Source: Octopus vulgaris
Taxonomy: Eukaryota
Length of the DNA stretch: 64,000 nucleotides
Reading direction: 5' to 3'
Assembly (NCBI GenBank): GCA_951406725.2
Contig: OX597835.1
Span: 21,266,001 to 21,330,000 of the forward strand
The notes below the pieces were generated by a model that was not told the DNA's origin, searched no databases, and saw only the letters and a program-made list of their open reading frames with translations. Each line of letters begins with the position of its first letter. Position 1 is the first letter of the stretch. A program made the position numbers and the translations under genes. Below are positions 60,250 through 64,000 of the stretch, piece by piece.

Positions 60250-60482
60250 TATTTCTTTATTACCCACAAGGGGCTAAACATAGAAGGAACAAACAAGGAC
60301 AGACATAGGTATTAAGTCGATTACATCGACTCCAGTGTGTAACTGGTACTTAATTTATCGACCCCGAAAGGATGAAAGGCAAAGTCGACCTCGACAGAAT
60401 TTGAACTCACAACGTAACGACAGACGAAATACGGCTGCGCCTTTCGCCCGGCGTGCTAACGTTTCTGCCAGCTCGCCGCCTT
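60250..60482 (-). mobile_element. SINE family C monomer inside an older same-strand copy
   Basis: TSD CGGAAGTAATACC (60237-60249/60487-60499). Confidence 0.9.
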
Positions 60483-60879
60483 TTAGCGGAAGTAATACCG
60501 CTAAGCATTTTGTCTCGTCCACCAACCTGCAGATCGGTAAAATATTGGTTTCAAATTTTGGCACAAAGCCAGGAACTTAAATGGGCGGGAATAAACCGAT
60601 TACATCGACCCATCACTCAACTGGTACTTATTTTATCGATCTCGAAAGAATGAACGACAAAGTCAACCATGTTTTTCGAGTTTTAGAGCCAATTAGTCTA
60701 AGTTGAAGTATGCTAGGACTTGTTTCTCTGTTGTTGTTTTTGTTGTTGTTGTTGTTTTTGTTGTTGTTGTTGTTTACAAGGTAGCTGTACCCCATTATGG
60801 CTACACTCATCTCACTAAAACCATTAGAAGCATAAAAGAACAAACTTCAGAATTTTTCGCTAGAACTGAAACGAAAATA

Positions 60880-61800
60880 TATTGCTTTTAAACTTTAGCA
60901 CATGGCCAGCAATTTCGGGAGAGTAGGGCTAGTTGATATTATCAAGACTAGTGACCAACTAGTAATTTTATATCGACTCCGAAAGGATGAAAGTTGAAGT
61001 CGACCTCGGCGGAATTTGAACTCAGAACGTAATGACGGATGAAATGCCGCTACGCATTTCACCCGGCGTGCTAACGATTGTACCAGCTCACCACCTTAGA
61101 AACGAAAAATATTAATATATTTCTTTACTACCCTCAAGGGGCTAAACACAGAGGGGACAAACAAGGACAGACAAACGGATTAAGCCGATTACATCGACCC
61201 CAGTAAACTGGTACTTAATTTATCAACCCCGAAAGGATGAAAGGCAAAGTCGACCTCGGCGGAATTTGAACTCAGAACGTAGCGGCAGACAAAATACCGC
61301 TAAGTATTTCGCCCGGCGTGCTAACGATTGTACCAGCTCACAACCTTAGAAAGGAAAAATATTAATAGTAACCTGTCTTCAGCTATCTTGGATTGTAAAT
61401 ATATTAAATGATATCAAGATACAAACATATGCACAAGCCTGCACATTTGTATAAAGGTGTATGTTAAAAATATCGATCCATGTACTTGGTTAGTACTTAA
61501 CTTTAGTGATATTGAGAGAAGCGAGCTGAGAGCATCGTTAGCACTCCGGGCGAAATTCTTAGCGGTATTTCGTCTGCCGCTACGTTCTGAGTTCAAATAC
61601 CGCTGAGGTCGACTTAACCTTTCATCCTTTCGGGGTCGATAAATTAAGTACCAGTTACACACTGGGGTCGATGTAATTGACTTAATCCGTTTGTCTTTCC
61701 TTGTTTGTCCCCACTATGCTTAACCTCTTGTGGATAGTAAAGAAATAAGTATCGATAACACGCCGGGCGAAATTCTCAGCGGCATTTCGTCTGCTGCTAG
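60880..61800. mobile_element. Cluster of family C copies (60880-61097 -, 61118-61347 -, 61519-61747 +). Older alternative-tail copies also at ~15545, 23700, 36100, 38090, 49175, 60545
   Basis: Nin-type domain and head homology. Confidence 0.85.
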
Positions 61801-62296
61801 ATTTTACGACTATACCCACTATCATTTCTGTTGACTCCTTCAGCCTACTTCCTAATAGACATTGCTTCTTGCTATTTTGGCCTTAGGTATACAAAGAAAT
61901 GATAAACTAGTCTATAAATTAAAACTGACCCCATAAAACAGTGACAAATAAAATCTGTAACCAGTCTTTCTTCCTGATACTTTAGCAGCTTCTAAGCTGA
62001 AGTGATGACAGCCTGTTCTCTGTCTATCCCCTTACCTTCTTGGAGATTTTAGGTAAAATTATACTGATGTGTCCATCTGTTTTAATTTAATTAAATTCTA
62101 TGTCTTTATGCAGCTGAGGAATGCTCTGCATTTAAATTGATGTAATGATTGCCTTTGTTCAATTAAATGGAGTTGCTTGAAACGATCGTACTGCATTACT
62201 TCTATATATCCTTGTTGCATATTTTGATTTAAATCACCTTATTTTGAAATTGTATGGAAAATACCGTACTAAATTCTGGTACCTCAACTTTTTTGC

Positions 62297-62329
<33 letters not shown>

Positions 62330-62359
62330 GTATATATATATATATATATATATGCATAC

Positions 62360-62600
62360 ATGGGTACAGGACCTCACCAACAGTAAACAATTCGAAATCA
62401 AATGTGTTCAATACGCAAAGAACGAGAGAAATAAATGGAAAACAGGACAAGTAACACAGAGAAGACGCTTCATCAGTTGTCGGCTGTCCATCTACTCCTC
62501 ATTTCGAGCATTGAACGACAATGTGAGTCTTCGAAGACACTTCCTCACATAAGTACCAAAGTAAAATTTGGGTTTTATGGAGGGTCAAAGCTGGGGAAAA
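62360..62600 (-). mobile_element. Probable Penelope pLTR relic
   Basis: Island between TA repeats with CTGATGA on the minus strand (~62470-62476) but no complete hammerhead. Adjacent to the GIY-YIG element. Confidence 0.35.
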
Positions 62601-62769
62601 AGCAGGACTGTATCTATGTATATATGCATATATATATTAATAAAAAGAATTCCAACCTTGTCTGATTTTCACGTTTTATTTACAATCTTATAATGATATA
62701 TTATAAGATAATATATTATAATTGAATAAAATAAAATGAAATAGTAGAATGTTAAATATTCATTCTGAT

Positions 62770-62814
62770 TGAACTAGTACTTTCATGCATTGAATTCTGC
62801 AATCTTCGGGTTCA
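62770..62814 (-). ncRNA. Degenerate Penelope-type hammerhead ribozyme downstream of the GIY-YIG ORF
   Basis: Minus strand: TGAAC CCGAAGA ttgca-gaattcaa-tgcat GAAA gtac TA GTTCA. Stem I is 5 bp and stem III is palindromic (AGTACT). The core has CCGA instead of CTGA. Confidence 0.6.
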
Positions 62815-63308
62815 TGTAGTAGTGTTGACAGTCATGCTTCACAATTTTTGACTGTAGCAAGATGAGTGATTCTGTGCTATAAATACAGCTGGGTAGGCTC
62901 CAGAGTGCTAGGTTTTGCAAACTGTATTCTGACCAATCAGTGTGTAGTATCACTCAATTACTTAAGCTGATTGGTTGGTTGAGCTGATTGGTTTAGGCAT
63001 CACGCTTTGTTGGACAGGTCAAGAGTCCTGTATCTTGACCCTGGCCGAAGCAGCAATTGTTGGGTTATTTTTAGAAATGTTGTAAATATCCTTTGTCAGA
63101 GATTTTTATATTTTTATATTTCAATTGTCATCATCATCATTGTCAGCACCTTAATTATTGTTGCTAGTGGTGATGGTGGTGGCAATAGAACTTTTAACCC
63201 TAAATAAGATAATTTTCCTGCTATCTTCGTCTTGATCACCTTTAGTATTGTTGTTGTTGTTAGTGGTCATGGTCGTAGCAGTGGAAGTAATACCTCTAAG
63301 TATTATTA

Positions 63309-64000
63309 TTATTGCTTATTTAGCTTGGGTTCGAATTTATCAATAAAATTCTTTTCTCTGATTTTCCTCTCGATTTCACTTGGGCTGTGTAATTTGTAGA
63401 ATGGAAATATTATATATATTTTCCGACCACATGTTGCTAGGTGGTTACTCAAAGGTATCTGACGGACCTCTGGGTCTCTAATCTGTTGCCGGTGTACACG
63501 TGAGCGTTCTAATAGTGCGTTTCCCGTCTGACCTACATATATTTCTTCACAATTTGGGCATTTGATGCAGTAAATTAAATTTCTGCTTTTGCAGTTCATA
63601 TTCGCGTTTGTGAATATTTTCCCGGTTTTTGTGTTTATATATTGACCGGTATGTATGAATTGGCATGTGCCACATCGGCTATCATTGCATTTAGATACCG
63701 TGAATGTTTGGTCTTTGTTGCTGAGGTCAAATTTTGCCTTTGTTAGTAATGTTTTCAAGTTTTTAGGCTGTCTTTTACTAAGCACCATAGCTCGATCCTT
63801 GATTATGTCTTTTAATTCATTACTTTGGGCAATGATTGGTAGGTTTGCTTTGGCAATGTTGAAGATATTCTGGTGACATGGGTTGTGTGTCACTATGAAT
63901 GGTATGACTTGTTCTTGTTTTCCTCTTCCTTGGGTTGTCCTAAGTTGTTGTATAGGTATTTTTATAGCCCGCTGTATGCCATTTTCTATAAGTAGAGATG
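63309..64000 (-). CDS. Penelope-like element ORF C-terminus: Cys-rich linker + GIY-YIG endonuclease (continues beyond the window edge)
   Basis: NLIYCIKCPNCEEIYVGQTGNALLERSRVHR...ERKIREKNFIDKFEPKLN (GIY-YIG motifs with catalytic R, E, N) and linker KCNDSRCGTC. I translated 63894-64000 by hand and the frame is open (SLLIENGIQRAIKIP...IPFIVTHNP). Confidence 0.9.
   Translation of the reverse strand, partial: SLLIENGIQRAIKIPIQQLRTTQGRGKQEQVIPFIVTHNPCHQNIFNIAKANLPIIAQSNELKDIIKDRAMVLSKRQPKNLKTLLTKAKFDLSNKDQTFTVSKCNDSRCGTCQFIHTGQYINTKTGKIFTNANMNCKSRNLIYCIKCPNCEEIYVGQTGNALLERSRVHRQQIRDPEVRQIPLSNHLATCGRKIYIIFPFYKLHSPSEIERKIREKNFIDKFEPKLNKQ

Overview
Eukaryotic, AT-rich, extremely repeat-dense genomic DNA. 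The SINE repertoire and microsatellite load are what I associate with an octopus (coleoid cephalopod) genome; that is an inference. No host protein-coding gene can be called with confidence. Almost all short ORFs in the track are translations of (TA)n/(TG)n/(GATA)n/(AAT)n/(GGAA)n repeats. Supported content: (1) a 5'-truncated but uninterrupted Tx1/L1-clade LINE ORF2 (APE endonuclease, RT, CCHC) inside a (GATA)n array; (2) a Penelope-like GIY-YIG endonuclease running off the right edge, plus several Penelope-type minimal hammerhead ribozymes; (3) five R4/Dong-type fragments and a ~570 bp non-coding element at (AAT)n tracts; (4) three tRNA-derived SINE families; (5) non-autonomous Helitron arrays, two MITEs, and CR1 and RTE relics. 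The most interesting pattern is a candidate LINE/SINE partnership. The Nin-domain SINE shares its ~43-nt 3' tail with the Tx1 LINE, inserts repeatedly into older copies of itself, and forms ~184-bp tandem units that always restart at the same GGTATT site. Weaker signals are candidate minus-strand signal-peptide exons and a duplicated TAAT+octamer enhancer-like motif.
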